This document shows, one piece after another, positions 24,427-37,600 of a stretch of 64,000 nucleotides of DNA. Source of the stretch: Amoebophrya sp. A120 (taxonomy: Eukaryota; Protista; Dinoflagellata); the NCBI GenBank assembly GCA_905178155.1, contig CAJINV010000013.1, forward strand, positions 1,044,344 through 1,108,343, in the 5' to 3' direction. A model generated the notes under the pieces. It worked only from the letters and a program-made list of their open reading frames with translations, did not search any database and had not been told where the DNA came from. Both the position numbers and the translations under genes were made by a program. Positions within the stretch are counted from its first letter, which is position 1, and each line of letters begins with the position of its first letter.

Positions 24427-25326
24427 GCTGATTCTGATTCTACTGGTTGTCGTTGAACTTTGAAATACTTCTTGGTTCTCCTGGTGGCCTCCAACTCACC
24501 CAAAAGATAGAACAAGTGGAAACAATGAAAAAACCAGCGCTAAGGCATTCGCATTGCACCGAAAGTTTATTCGAAATTTACATGGTTGTGAATGTGATTT
24601 CGGATTTTAAGACGATTCCTTTTGTTGAAGACGCTACTGTTTTTTCAACGATCATTATATCAATCACAACCTTCACGAAGGAATAAGAATTCGAATTGTC
24701 AAAACGATTTTGTAGACGAATCCTTTTGCCTCCCTCTGTGACAACACATAGTCTTAGTCACGGCGACCTAATTAGCTACATATTATATCCACGATTTTCG
24801 GATGACCATGAGACGACCACGATGGACGACAGAGTGCTTCTTCATTGGCCGGTGACCAACTTGCGAAGTATTGAAGGCTGAGGCGTATCTATGCAATGTC
24901 GCTGTTCTACGCCGACGAGCTACAACGAATTGATAGAACTACATACGTCAGCACCAAGGGGCCACGACACCGAGAACTTTTTTCGTCGAGAAAACTGATA
25001 ATTGCAAGGCTTGTCCCTTTTTATTCCACTCGTGACGAAGATATTTCCCGGCGGTGAACCTGCTTGTTTGACTTCAAGCCGACGAGTCGACACCACAACC
25101 GATGTGACGAACACAAACCGGGCAACGTTCCTAGTGGAAAAGACCACGAATAAACTCCAGTGGCATAATTTTTGTGCGATGCAGTTTCTGATGTTTTGAA
25201 CCTGAATATAGAAGCCAGGGGATGTGATCACATTTTTATCGTCGAATGTATTGAAAGTGGCGTGATTCCGATGTTCGTTGTTGTACGTCGGGGTTCTATT
25301 AGCTCCCCCGTATCAATTTCATCGTC

Positions 25327-27229
25327 TTACACCTCGTACATGGGGAACCTGGCTTCCACCGGGTTTTTCAGTGCGTGGAAAAACATCATGACCCCGGCGC
25401 AACCCTCGAATAATGACAGCGGTCTATCCGGCACCCGGTCGAACCCATCGGCCGCCTCGTTCTGCATCACCACCCGCGCGAAGCAGTGCGCGCGTCGCAG
25501 CCAGAGCTCGTCGTTCAGTTTTCTGTACAGACTGAGGAAGAAAAATCCGTTCCCCGCGATCCCATGACACAGGGACGCGGATTTGGTCAGCAGCCCGTAC
25601 TTCCAGCAACACTCGCCACACTTGACCGCCTGCTGCAGGTACTTCTCTTTCTCATTCACAAAAATCTCGCTGCACAGGATGAAAAGCGGGATGAACCCCG
25701 GCGCGCCGTGGCAAAATTGGACCAGTTTGGTGTCCATGGAGGTGAGTTTCGACCCGTAGTTCCCGGTGGCCGCGTCGTGGCAGTTGAGCATCAAGAAGTC
25801 GATGGACTGCTTCACCTCGGCAAGCTCGCTGTTGGTCAAAAATTCCCGCGCTTGCAACAGTTGCAGGAATATCCCGGCGAAACCGTGAGCGCCGCCGGTG
25901 TACTTCTTCATGTGCCACTCGTAACACAGCGCCGGTCTGGCCGCACGGGAACCGCCGTCGTTGTAGCTGCGGCCGGATTCCAGAATTTCCTCGACCGTTA
26001 TGCGAATTTTTGTGTTGAAGTCACCGTGTAACTCGCGGGCCAGGCCCGGGGTCGCGAAACCGCCCTGTTTTGTTTGAGTGGTGTAATCAGTGGTTTTGAT
26101 GAAGATGGCAAGGAAAAGCGTTGCAGAGCGCAAGCGATCCTTCTGCCTCCTGCTAAGCAAAAACCCACAGAGCAAGAATCACCACAACAACCGGACCAAA
26201 ATTGGAAACGAAGACTGACAAGAAAAGCAAAAACAATACCTTCGTCTGAAACTGTTTTCTGACGAACAGCAGTGCGAACAGAAACCCGGCTCTTCCGTAC
26301 AGCCACTCGTCCGATTTGCATTTTGACGAATCTACCTGCAGAAACCGGTTCACGCCGCCCAACAACACTCCCTCCAGCATCACAAAGTTATCGGGGGACT
26401 CCCCGTCGTACTCCACTACCCGTTTCCCTGACACTTGTTGCGCCAAGGTCCCCGTGCTCCCGCCCGAACTCGACCCCTTTTTCAGTAGCCCCCGGAGTTT
26501 GCTCAACCCGGTGGAACCGCCCGCGCCCCCGGACGCGGATTTTGGTCGTAATTGACTCAGTACACTGGACCGCCGTTGCACTTTCTCCGGCGGGGAAGAT
26601 GAGGGTGACGCGTTTGCTCCTCCTCCTTCCCCGTCGTTCTCATTTTGGTACTGAGGCCCGGCTTCACCCGCAGTACCACCTCCGTCCTTCAATTCAAACA
26701 TCGGATCGCTGTCTCTTTGCCTATTCAGTTCCTTCACGTGCTCGTTCACAGCGGAGTCTTTGATTTTCTCCAAATGTGCCGAACTCGTCATCTGCAACGT
26801 CTGCCCCATCGACGGGCGCTTCGCGGACCCGTGGCCCCCGTGGAGGGATTGCGGGTTCTTCTTGTGGTTCGCGAAAATGTGGTGTAACACCACGATACTG
26901 TAGAACAAGCCTGTCGCCAACCCGCCCCCGACGGCAACTGCGTGCGTCTCGACGCCCCGCTTGCCGTCCTTGTCGGCCCAGGACTGGTTTTTCTCGTTGG
27001 TCAAGAAGTACTCCGCCTGCTTCACGTCCTGTAAAACCCAGAGGGAAGCGAGGCCGGCCCCCGGTCCGCCGGAGTAGATACTGCCGGACTCGTTCGCGTG
27101 GGACAAGTCCTCGGAGATTTGCAAATCGTACTTTGCAATCTGCGCGTTGAGCTCGTCGACCGTGAGGAGCAGCGTCGTTTCATCGTCCAGGGTATTGGGG
27201 AAACAACGCGTCGCGATGGTGTCGGCCAT
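25327..27229 (-). CDS. LANCL: LanC-like protein (lanthionine synthetase C-like family), about 575 aa, two exons
   Basis: Motifs SIYSG, WLYGRAG, GGAHGFAGI, QFCHGAPG, SLCHGIAGNG, SLFEGCAG. Canonical GT-AG intron 26239-26065 joins the two ORFs in frame. Confidence 0.92.
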
Positions 27230-28626
27230 TTTTTTGGCGAGTTTCTGGAAAGGAGAAGTAAAAGGCTAAGATAAAGGCTGAGGCATAGTGTACGTGTAGT
27301 GTAGGTGTAACGCGGTCATGCGTTAGATGAATTGCGTGAAGACGTTTAGGAAGGTACTGTAGGAAGAAGAACAGAGGAGAAAGTCCACCGGCATAGTACT
27401 ACCTAGGCTCCTCGGGACGAGGCCATTTTGCGATGGGTGCCTATGTTGTAAGGCTAATTTACACTTGCGCGCATGCATTTTCATGGGTCCTGTCATGCAG
27501 ATGAGCGTATGTCTAAGTACTCTTTTGGATCTACTACGCGGAAATGTAGGGACGATGAGTGGACACAGAGCTCGTGTCTTGAAAGAGCCGAGCGCGAAGC
27601 TGGCGATGCTAGAGAAGAAACCGAACGAAGGTAGACGCGTGCACGTGATGCAACGGCCGTACGAAAACCGACCGGAGTGCTTGCTCCAGATGCAGTGATT
27701 AGTACGACAAGGCCAAAAATGCACGAAAACCGAGACGAGAGGGCGAAAATGAACCGAGAGGCAATGCCGCAATCATGAACAACCGAGGTTGGAGAATTAT
27801 TCGTCTGGTGAGAACCGAGTGCTTCTTCCGGTCAGCTGATACGAGCAGCAAGACAGGCACGAATGCCGATGAAAATAGTGTACACAAAAGAAATGTAAAT
27901 GAAGTGCCTGAAACGTTGAAGTTGTAGTTCTTGTCACACAAAGCTATTAGTATTACCCGATAAAACTATGAATGCTGTATGTAAGAAACAAAGCTACTTT
28001 CAATGAAAAATGTTACAGTTGCTAAATCAAAAAAGTAAGACCATGAGAAAATTGCTGTGAAAGTGGAACCCAAAAAGTTGTTGTAAATCAGGGAGAACGT
28101 TGAAAAGTTGCGAGTTAAATCCAACTATTTTTTCGAGAAAACATGATGCATGCTACAATTCTAGTGTAAACGATGTCACCTACCCTTTAATGTTTGTCTG
28201 ATACTAGGTATTGAAATTTTATTGCTTTGCGATAATGATAAACTCAAAATGCGAAACGAAAATTACCATATTGACATAGAAATTTGATTCGGTACACTGT
28301 TACGCTTCCTCTGCCTCTGGTGTCTGAAACTAGAACGAATGCGACTCAAAGTCAAACGAGATTTTTCTGAATCTGAAAGAAACTCAAATACAAAGTGCTA
28401 TCTTCGATAAACTGAATCAATGCTACTTACTTCAAATAAAAACCGTACTTCTATACTACTTGCTACCATGCGCGAACGCCTCGTCGTCAGAACCAAATTT
28501 ACGTCTACTAGATTGTGGAGCTGATTTAGAGACAAGCCGCGTTGTATTCTAGCCGACACCTATCTTATGCTTATCAAAACCCTGGCTCGCTCCTACCAGT
28601 AGTACGAAAAAACTTTCGTGCCTTTC

Positions 28627-31600
28627 CTACAGCACATCCGAATTCGCCGCCTTTTCCAATTCCGTCTGCGCTTGCAACACCGAAGACGAGATCGCCTTCA
28701 CGTTTTCCCTCTCCTTCCTCGGCGGAGCAGCAGTCGCATCACCGCCCGCTTTTCTCTGCAATTCGAGTTTGAAGTTGTCTTTGATCGGCGAAGAAAGGGA
28801 CTGCTTGGACGGTGCAGATGAGTTTTGCTCTCCGCCGACCACAGTAACTTTCTTCAACACTCCGCTTGCACCACCATTATCGTGCTCCCCGCTAATCCCT
28901 CCAGCAGTGCCAAAAGCAACCGCTTCTACCGCGGTATTCCGGTCCATGATCCCCTGGCTTTTCTCCTCTTCCTGCACCCGGCGCATGAATCCACTCGGCG
29001 TCGCGGCCCGACTGTTGTTCCGACTCCCATGGTAATCCATCACCGGGGTTTGCGCCCCATTCGCATTCCCACTACTCGACGTTAAAATGGAGTTTCCAAC
29101 CGTGACCAAAAACCCCTTCTTAGGGCTCAGTGCCGCGGCTTTCCGGTCGGAGACCGTCATGATGCCCTGCGTCGCTTGCCCGCGCTTCGGCTTGATCGTT
29201 CGCATGCTGTGCGGCGACATGGGCTCGCGAATGTTGTTGTGGAAGACAATGTCCCCGACTTTGTCGTGCACAACGCCGAGCAGCTCGTTCTTCTTCAAAT
29301 CCGAAGCCGTTTTCATCGCTGATTTCGGTTCCGCAAACCAACCGACGCAGGTCGACGCGCGCCGTGGGTGCGAGGACTGCGCTCCTGCGGACGTCGTCGC
29401 AGTTGAAGCTGACCCAGCAGCTGCATTTAATGTTCTGCCACCACCGTTGTTGAAAACGCCACCTCCGGCTCCCTTCCCCGTCTGTCCTATCGTCGGCAGC
29501 GGCATCAGAGTCAGGGAATTTTGGTGTTGCCCGTTCTGCACCACGGAACCGTACTTCTGCTCGAGTTCTAATTGCAGCAGTTGATGTTCCTTATGATCTG
29601 TGATCGGTGCATTGGAATACTTCAGCTTTTTGATCAGCTCCCTTCGATGCTGCACGTCCTCCGACCACTTATTAGAAATCTGCGCGTTGCTGCTATTCTG
29701 TAGCTCTTGTTCTTTATTCTTGTTCTTCGACGGGCTCTGGCTCTTCATAGGCGACGTGGAAGTTGATCGAGTCGTTCGCTTTTTCTCTACCGAAAACATC
29801 TTCGCCGCAGAGGTGTGCATCATCGGGTTGGCTTGACTTGCAAAATTATCCACCGACGAGCCGTACAGAGACGCTTGTTGACCAAAAGTAGAGCCAGCGC
29901 CAGGCGCCGCTGCACCGCCTTCCGCTGCTCCAGCAGAAAAGAATTCCGTACTGGACGGAGCCGCTGCGGGTTCCCGGAAAAACGCCCGTTGATCCTCGTC
30001 CTGGAGGATCTGCGAAAAAGCGCCGAATGAGGGCTTGTACACTTCATCACAACTCTCGCCAGTCTTATTACCAATTCCGTGGAGATTTATCTGGTCGAAA
30101 GTTGTCGAAGCGGACGACACATCAACTCCACTTCCTGGCGCAACCAGATGCGGCAGCGTGACCGACGACTCCTGCCCGCCAACGTTTCCCATCAGTTCCA
30201 AGGAAGATCCGGAGGCGGAGCCGGAGTCCAACTCCAGGGACGTCTGTGACCGGCTGTCAAACAACGTCGTGTCGTCCAAAGAGGGCTCCTGTAGTCCGGG
30301 GTGGTCGAGGAAGAGACTACTCGCTCCCGCATCTTCGAAACTCCCCTCGTTCTCCTGCTCGGAAATGGTGGGGAATGTCAGGGGCAACAGATCCGTTTTG
30401 TTGAACATCAGAGACGATCCAGTAGTAGCGTTATTCATATTCATCGAGTTTTTATTTGTCGTCGGCTGCAGAATCAAGGAACTAGACCGCCTCTTCCCGC
30501 CCTTGCTGTTCGTCAGCACCCGTTTTCCGTCGTACTTGGACTTCCGACAGTCCCGCTGGTCGAATAAAACTAAATCCCGTAGTTTCTTCGACGCACTTCC
30601 CGACTTAAGAGAGTTCTGCCCACTATTTGATGTAGTTGCTCCATTTCCAACTTTAGGCGGAGAATAGACCTGTGCGTCACTCAACGGCTGCTTCTGACGC
30701 TCGATCAAGTACTCCCTTTTTTCCTTTTGCGTCCACTGTGAGGGCGTGCGGGGGACGACCTGCTGGTAATTATTCAAGTTCTGTGCTGCAATTATCGCCT
30801 GCTGTTCCGCGGCCAGTTGCCTCTTCTGCACGGCAGCGGAAACCGAGGTCGTGCTCATGTTGCGCAACAAATTTGAGGATGAACTAGTGCTGGAGGTAAA
30901 AGCGCCACTGTTCGTCGTCGCACGGGACGTCGGTACGGAGTGCGCATTCCGAGCCTGTTTCGGTGCGCCGCGAATCAAGGACCCGGTGGTAGTGCTGCCA
31001 GTAGTTGTACTTCCAGATTTGCCATTGTTTCCTTTATGCTTATCATCCTTCATCTTCCCAATACTCGTCCCGCCAGTTTTGCTGTTGTAGAAATCGTTCA
31101 TGCTGGTGGTAAACCCGCTCTCCGCCCCTCCTCCGTAGAAACTGCTGCCGTCCTGGGACCAGAAGGAGCTCCCCGTGTTGTTCATCACGGAATTGTTTGC
31201 GCTATGGGGGTGATTATAGCCACCAGCGTGCATGACACCGCCGGCGACGAAGTTGTCGTAGAAGCTGCTGTTCGCGAACAACCCGTGGACGCCGGACATC
31301 GGGGGCGTAGTGTAGCAATTCTCGCTCGTCATGTCGTCGTTTTGGAGTTCTTGTTGGAGGAGTTTTTTCTTGTGCAACAACCTCTCCTCCTCTTCGTTGG
31401 CGAGAAGGAAGTTGCCCGACTGGACAAACTGCTCCGAATTGTGCGTGTACTCCTCCTCGATCAGTTGCTGATTTTCTCTCAGCGGCGTGTTGATCACGCT
31501 CGGGCGGTTTTGGTTCAGTTCCAGACCGCTCTTCAATAAAGTGTTCGACGAAGCACTGGTTGTGTTGTTCATCATAGCATCAGCACCAGTATTGTTTTTC

Positions 31601-34600
31601 ATCCGCATGTTTTTCAAAAGCGATCTCGACATCTGCAGGTCGGATAGGCTGTAAGAATTTTTGTGCGGTGCGGTTTGACTACGGAGGTTCGACATTTTGC
31701 TGATCTGTTCCTCGGCGGCTTTCGCCGCTGCGAGCATTTCTGGCGGTAGGTTGTCGTTTTCGTCAGGAAGTTTGTTCAAACAACTGCCTTGTCCAGCACT
31801 GCTGCCGTCAAGCGTCGGACTACTCGCGTTGTCCAAGCCCTGGAGGAGCATCGGCAGCCAGTCGGAAACGACACCGAACGGCGTGTGGTACTTGCCCGTG
31901 GGATTATTGAGTTTTGTGGTGGCCAGCAAGTCACCAGTTTTCGTCGGGGATGTCTGGCACCGCGGTGAAAGAGCAGCAGTTCCTGCGCCTTCGGACAGTT
32001 GTCCTCGTCCCGTGGATGCATTATCAACCCCTTCTCCGTGGTTCCCTTCGATCGTATCAGCCACGGCTTTCTCCACACCATCCACGATCGCGCGGGCAAT
32101 CGACCCCGCGTCGCTTCTCTTTGCATCATCGGGCTGTAAATTATCCGGCATTTTTGCCTTTTCGTTTTCCAGCTCCTCCAGCGTTTTTTCGATGCTGTTC
32201 CGCAAGTCAATGTCCAAATTTGCCATTTCCGACTGGTGCTCCTCAATGGACTTCAAAACCTCCTGTTCCCGGAGATTTTTCGTTGTTTTGAAGTCGTTGT
32301 CGTCCAGCAAATCACTCACGTTAAAGGGCGTCGGGGTCGTGCTCGGCCGGTAGCCCTGCGCACTGCCCATCCGGAGAATCGGGTCCGATTGCAACAAGCT
32401 GGTGGTCGAATGCCGGGAGTTTTGCCGGCTGTTCCGGTAGCTCGGGGCTTTGTTGCTGCCCGGAGTGCGCAACTCGGATTGTTCGCGGAGGAACGTCAGC
32501 AGGTCTTTCCCGGCAAAGTTCAGCGACATGGCGTTCTGCTTGTCCTGCTCAGACATCGGCTTATCGGCGGTGGAGGGGTTGGTGACATTTGTTCCGCCAG
32601 AAGGCGTGTTCTTCCCCCCAGAAGCATTGTTGTTTGCCTGAAGATCGTCGTCAGTCGCGGCTCCCGCTGCTGCTCCAGAAAGCAACTGCCGTCTGCTGGA
32701 CCCGCCGGTGCTCGACTTGCTGGCCTCGCCGACGTTTTGGCCGGCCTGCGCCTTCCGGGCCGCGGCGAGGTTCACAACGTGCGAGTTGGCCTCCTCCAGC
32801 ATTTGCACGACGGACTCCATGAACGGAGACAGCGGCCGCTTTTCCTTCGCGCTGTTATTGAAAAACCCTACTGCGGCGGACACCCGCGCCCAGTCGTCGT
32901 CGTAATTCTGCAGCGTGTATCAAATGCAAAAATGTCTGGGTCTGGAAACTTGTGATGCTGGGTGGCGTCTCATGATGAGGCCACAAGTGCTGGCTCAGCA
33001 TGACAAGTTTCTGAGCTTCTAGGAAGGTGTAGGTGTTGCCTATTCTGCATGACACACTGCGTTTCTGCATCACAGAAAAACGCAGCTCTTGGGTAACGTG
33101 CATGACAGATTTAAGAGTCATGCCAGACAAGCATGACAAACATGCATTCTTCCAGACCCAGACACTTTTGCATTTGATAGCGTGTTCGTGGTCCCGTCTT
33201 TCGTGATCTGCGGCGCGGCGGGAAAGATGCTTTCTTGCGAATGATCCCCAATCAGACTGTTTGCACTGTTTTGATGCCCTGCATTCGCCGCGGAAGTAGA
33301 AGTTCCCATGAAGCTGTCCAGGCTCATAGTGCCATGCTTATTGTTCGTCTTCTCGTCGAAAGAGTTACTTTCGTCTTTGTCTTTGTCATGCTGCCCACCC
33401 GCACCCGCCACCTCCTTGACCACCTTCCGGGAGACCGCGCCCTGCCCGGTTTCCAGGGCGTTTTGGCGTCGCCGCCAGGTGACGGACGTCTGCGAGCCCC
33501 AGGCGGGGAAGAAGGCGGAAGATGATCCTCCAGCTCCTCCCGAGGGGGTGTGCAGATCGGACGCGGAGTTCCCGCTTGCACCTCCACCCATTTGGATGGA
33601 GCTGGGCCGGCTGCCGTTGATATCGTGGAAGTCGCGCAAATTTTGCTCCGCCTGCAGCGAGACCTGTGCAAACATGTCATCGGGGTCGATCTGGATACTC
33701 TTCTGCTTCAGCGTTGTCTTCTCCGCGGTAGATTTTCCAGTCACTATTCCTGGCTCGCCAGCCGTGGACTTTCGGCTCTTGTTCGACGCGTTTGCAGCTT
33801 CGGTTTTGCTCGCCCCAGTCGCGGCAGATTTCTTCGTCAGGGAATAAGTCGTCTTCGTGCTCTTCACGTGTAGGCTGGACGCTAGGCCGAGCGAAAGTTT
33901 TCGGTCGCGAATAGATTTCGTGTCCTTGACCGGGGAATCGGGTTCTCCTTTGGAGTTCTTGTCAACAGCAACTGAGCCGTCTTCTTGCTCCGGCGCGTTT
34001 CCCTCAACTGCTGTCTCAGCGCTGGTACCTGAAGAAGCCGCCCCCGGGGTGGCCTCCTTCTCTTTCTCCCCCCCAACTTCCTTTTCCAGCAAGGTCGATG
34101 CAGTGACGGACGGTGGCTCCGTACTGTCTGCAGCAGCAGCGCCATCAGCCCCCGCAGCTGCCCCGCCTGGCGGTAATTTCGTCCACCCTTTCGGCGGTTC
34201 GTCTTGCGGCAGAAGTTGCAAATCTAGTTGTTGGTCATTTCCGCCCGTCAAGGTCGTACAGGACTCGGTTCCGGACGCGGTCTGGTCCTCCTCTTGCGTT
34301 TCCTCATTCGCGAGAGTACTGGAAGAATCTTCGTTGGCAGCATCGGCTTCTGCTTGCTTGTTTTCAACACCGATTTTTTCCTCGTCCGATCCCGTAGCAT
34401 CACGCCCCGCATCCTTCTTCTCTTGATCCTCAGCCACGGGACCGAGTATCCCCGCAGGAGCAACATCGGTCATCTCTTGGGAGATGACCACAGCCTGACT
34501 CATGACCTCTGTCTGTGCAACGATTTGTGCTGCAGCCTCTCCAACCGGAAGCGCGGTATCTTCTCGTGGACGCTGCGAAGCTAGAACATCACCAGCACTT

Positions 34601-37600
34601 CCCTCTACCACAGCCGCTAGAGCCTGCTTCTCGAGATCTGCAGCGAGGACAAGTTGTTCGTCCCCTTGCGGAAGATGAGCATCAACCTCGGCCTCGTTAA
34701 ACGTGGACAGTTCCACCTCCGGCGGCTCAACTTCCAACACGTGCTGCTGCTCCTGCTCCGGGCCCTGGGACAGCTTCCGGCACAGATCAGTCGCGACGTC
34801 CGCGGCGAAGTCGATCGCGTTGCTGCCCGGCTTGGGGTTCATCACCGTTTTCGAGGGGGACGGCGTCGCGTCCTTGGTGCGATGCCCTCTTCTCAAAAAC
34901 GTGCCCCGCATCACCGGGCCGTGGTTGGCGTCGAGCTCAACAGAGTTGTGTCGGGAATTCGTACTCGTTGGCGCCGCGAGGGACATCATCAGGCTGTTGC
35001 TGTTCACGTTCTTCGCTGCAACGTGTTTGTTGTTTGCTGTACTCGTGTTCGTACCCGCCACGGCATGTGGTCCATTTTGATCAAGCGCAGCAGGAGCTGC
35101 AGTAGAACTACTGTTCGTGGTCCCGCCATGGTCCGTCGAGCTGGTTGACAAGATCTTCTTCCGCGCCGGCAACCCTGGTTTCGGCACGAACGACGGAATC
35201 CTCGTCTGCTGCTCCGCCTTCTTCTGCACCTGTTGCAGCAGCGGACTTGTCATTTGGTGCAATTGCTGCTGCGCTCCTCGCCCCGGAGACAGCATCCCCT
35301 GCTGGTGCTGTTGCATCAAATAGGACTGCGGCGAATACGTTTGGTTCAAGTTCGGCGATCTCGCAAGCTGGTCCACGACATTGATCGGGGAAACATGGTA
35401 GAGATTGTTGTTCAGTTTGTTGTTCAACTCCCTCGTTTCCAAGGCGTTTTTCCTCGCCAGTCTCAAGCTCATCGAAGCAATTTGCTGGTTGCTGTAGAGC
35501 TGCTGCTTTCCGGTTTGGTCGTCACCGGGTCCCCTTGTTGTTCCCACCTGATGCTCATCTACTCGCCGCTGCGCGTTGTGAACTGTGACTCCCTTGACCC
35601 CTGCGCCAGAAGCGGCCACGGTTCCGAATTCAGAGTACATGGTCGTGTATAGCGGCGTCCTCACCCGACTGGTCGTCCAGCTGGTCGTTGTGGTCGGGCG
35701 GGATTCGCTCTGGCCTGTCTTGTTGGAGAAAGAGGTTCCGGGGGGGATATGCAGTAAGTCGTGCTGGTACTGGTAGAAAAACCCGTCTTCCTCCGCGTTT
35801 TTCCCCCCGCCGATGAAATCGTCCTCCAGGAAAGTTGTGGTCGTCACATTTTGGCTGTCATCTTCACACGAAGCCAGAGCGGAGATGTTTGCCGTGTCCA
35901 CCGCGACCGCGACGGTTGGTGTGTCCTGGAGACCTACCACAAAATTGCTCATTCCGGCCGTGTTGGACAAAAATGACTGCGTCGTGGTTTGCATCGCCGA
36001 CTCCACGTACGTACCCGTGTCATCATCGGTCTCAACAGGAGCCGCAGCCGCGTTGCTGGGGGTATTGATATAATTTCCGGCAACTACAGCCTGCCCCTCA
36101 GTAGCTGCAATGACAGCTCCGTCGTTAATATTCGTTGCGAGATTGAACGACGCACTCCGCAACTGGTTGTTCGTCCGGCTGTTCGCCATCTCGCTGAGCG
36201 AATTGTCTTGCACGATGCCCAACGCCGAGTCGTTTGCGCTCGTGCACGAGCTCATCATCTGCAGGTTGGTCGTTGATGCTGCACCGGACGCCGAACTCTT
36301 CAGAACACTATTGTGCCCTTCCGTCGCGGACTCCTGGATCGACTCCAAGTTGGTGTTCTGGTGCACAAACCCGTGGGACGGCTTATCCGGGAAGTGGTTA
36401 ATAAAAGAACTCGACATATTTTTGTTGGTCGTGGTCCCGTATTCAAAAGAGCCCCCAAACCCGTCGGTGAACGTGGACGAGTAGTTCATGTGGTTGCAGC
36501 TCGTCGTGCTGGCTCCATAGTTGTTATTGCCGAAAATCCCGCCACCAAGACCTCCTCCGTAGTTGCTTGCCATGCCGTGCGCACTGGTCAAATTCTCTAA
36601 ATCGACATCATACTGATCCTCCTCGACAATGACATCACCAAAGTGCCACTCCCAGTACTCCCGTTCAATTTGCTCCTTGAATTCCTGCACGGACACCTCC
36701 GGGTGCTGCTTCAGGCAAGCCAGGTAGAGGAGAAACGCTTCCTGCTTTGGCGGTTTGGAGTTGGATGGGGGAGCAGATTTTTGTGGTGATTTTTGGTCCG
36801 CTTTCGCTTGTTGTTTCTCGACCGCATCTTCAGTGGGAGCAGTTGTGCTCTCTACAGGTTGAACTTCCGTCTTTGTAGTGGTCTCATGATCTGCGGGCGC
36901 AAGAACTTCTTCTGTGGTTGCAACTACTGCGGAAGATGAAGCTGGCTGTTGTTGTTCGCCCTCCACTTCGTCCTCCTTGAAAGCTTTGACCAATCTTCTG
37001 TAAAAGAAATCTTCGATCAGCGGGTTGCCAAAATCCAACCTCTCCACCATCGTGGTGTGGATCTTCTGGCTTGCCTCGTTCTGCTGATGTTGAGCAGATC
37101 CTTGATGCTGTAGTCGATCCGAAGATGCTTGCAGTGCTGGCGACCTTGGGGGAGAGCAACTGCTTCGCTGCATCGAATTCGCTTGAAGCTGTTGTTTTCC
37201 TGGCAAAGATGGTGCTGTTGCAATCGAAGAAGCCTGCTGCTGCTCAAATAACGACTGCTGTCCAGCATTCTTCATCGGTGAGTGTCCAATAACCGCGACG
37301 GACTCGTCTCCCCCCCTCCGCCAGTCCAAGTACTTTTTCTTCGCCTCAAATAGCAACCTCCGCCAAATCGACTGCGCAGACGACTGCTGCGGCGTCGCGG
37401 CCCGCGAATCCGGGCGCCGGATCGGTAAGCCAAAGGGGTTGATTTTGGACTGCTCGTTATCAAAAATGGAGCGCATGGAGGTGGTCGCCGGGGCGGTCGT
37501 GAGGCCGAACCGGGCGGTGGCATCGGACGAGGGGTCGTAAGAATGGTCTTGGTATGATTCTGGCATCTTTGCAGCGGAGGGCTCGATGTGGATTGAACTG

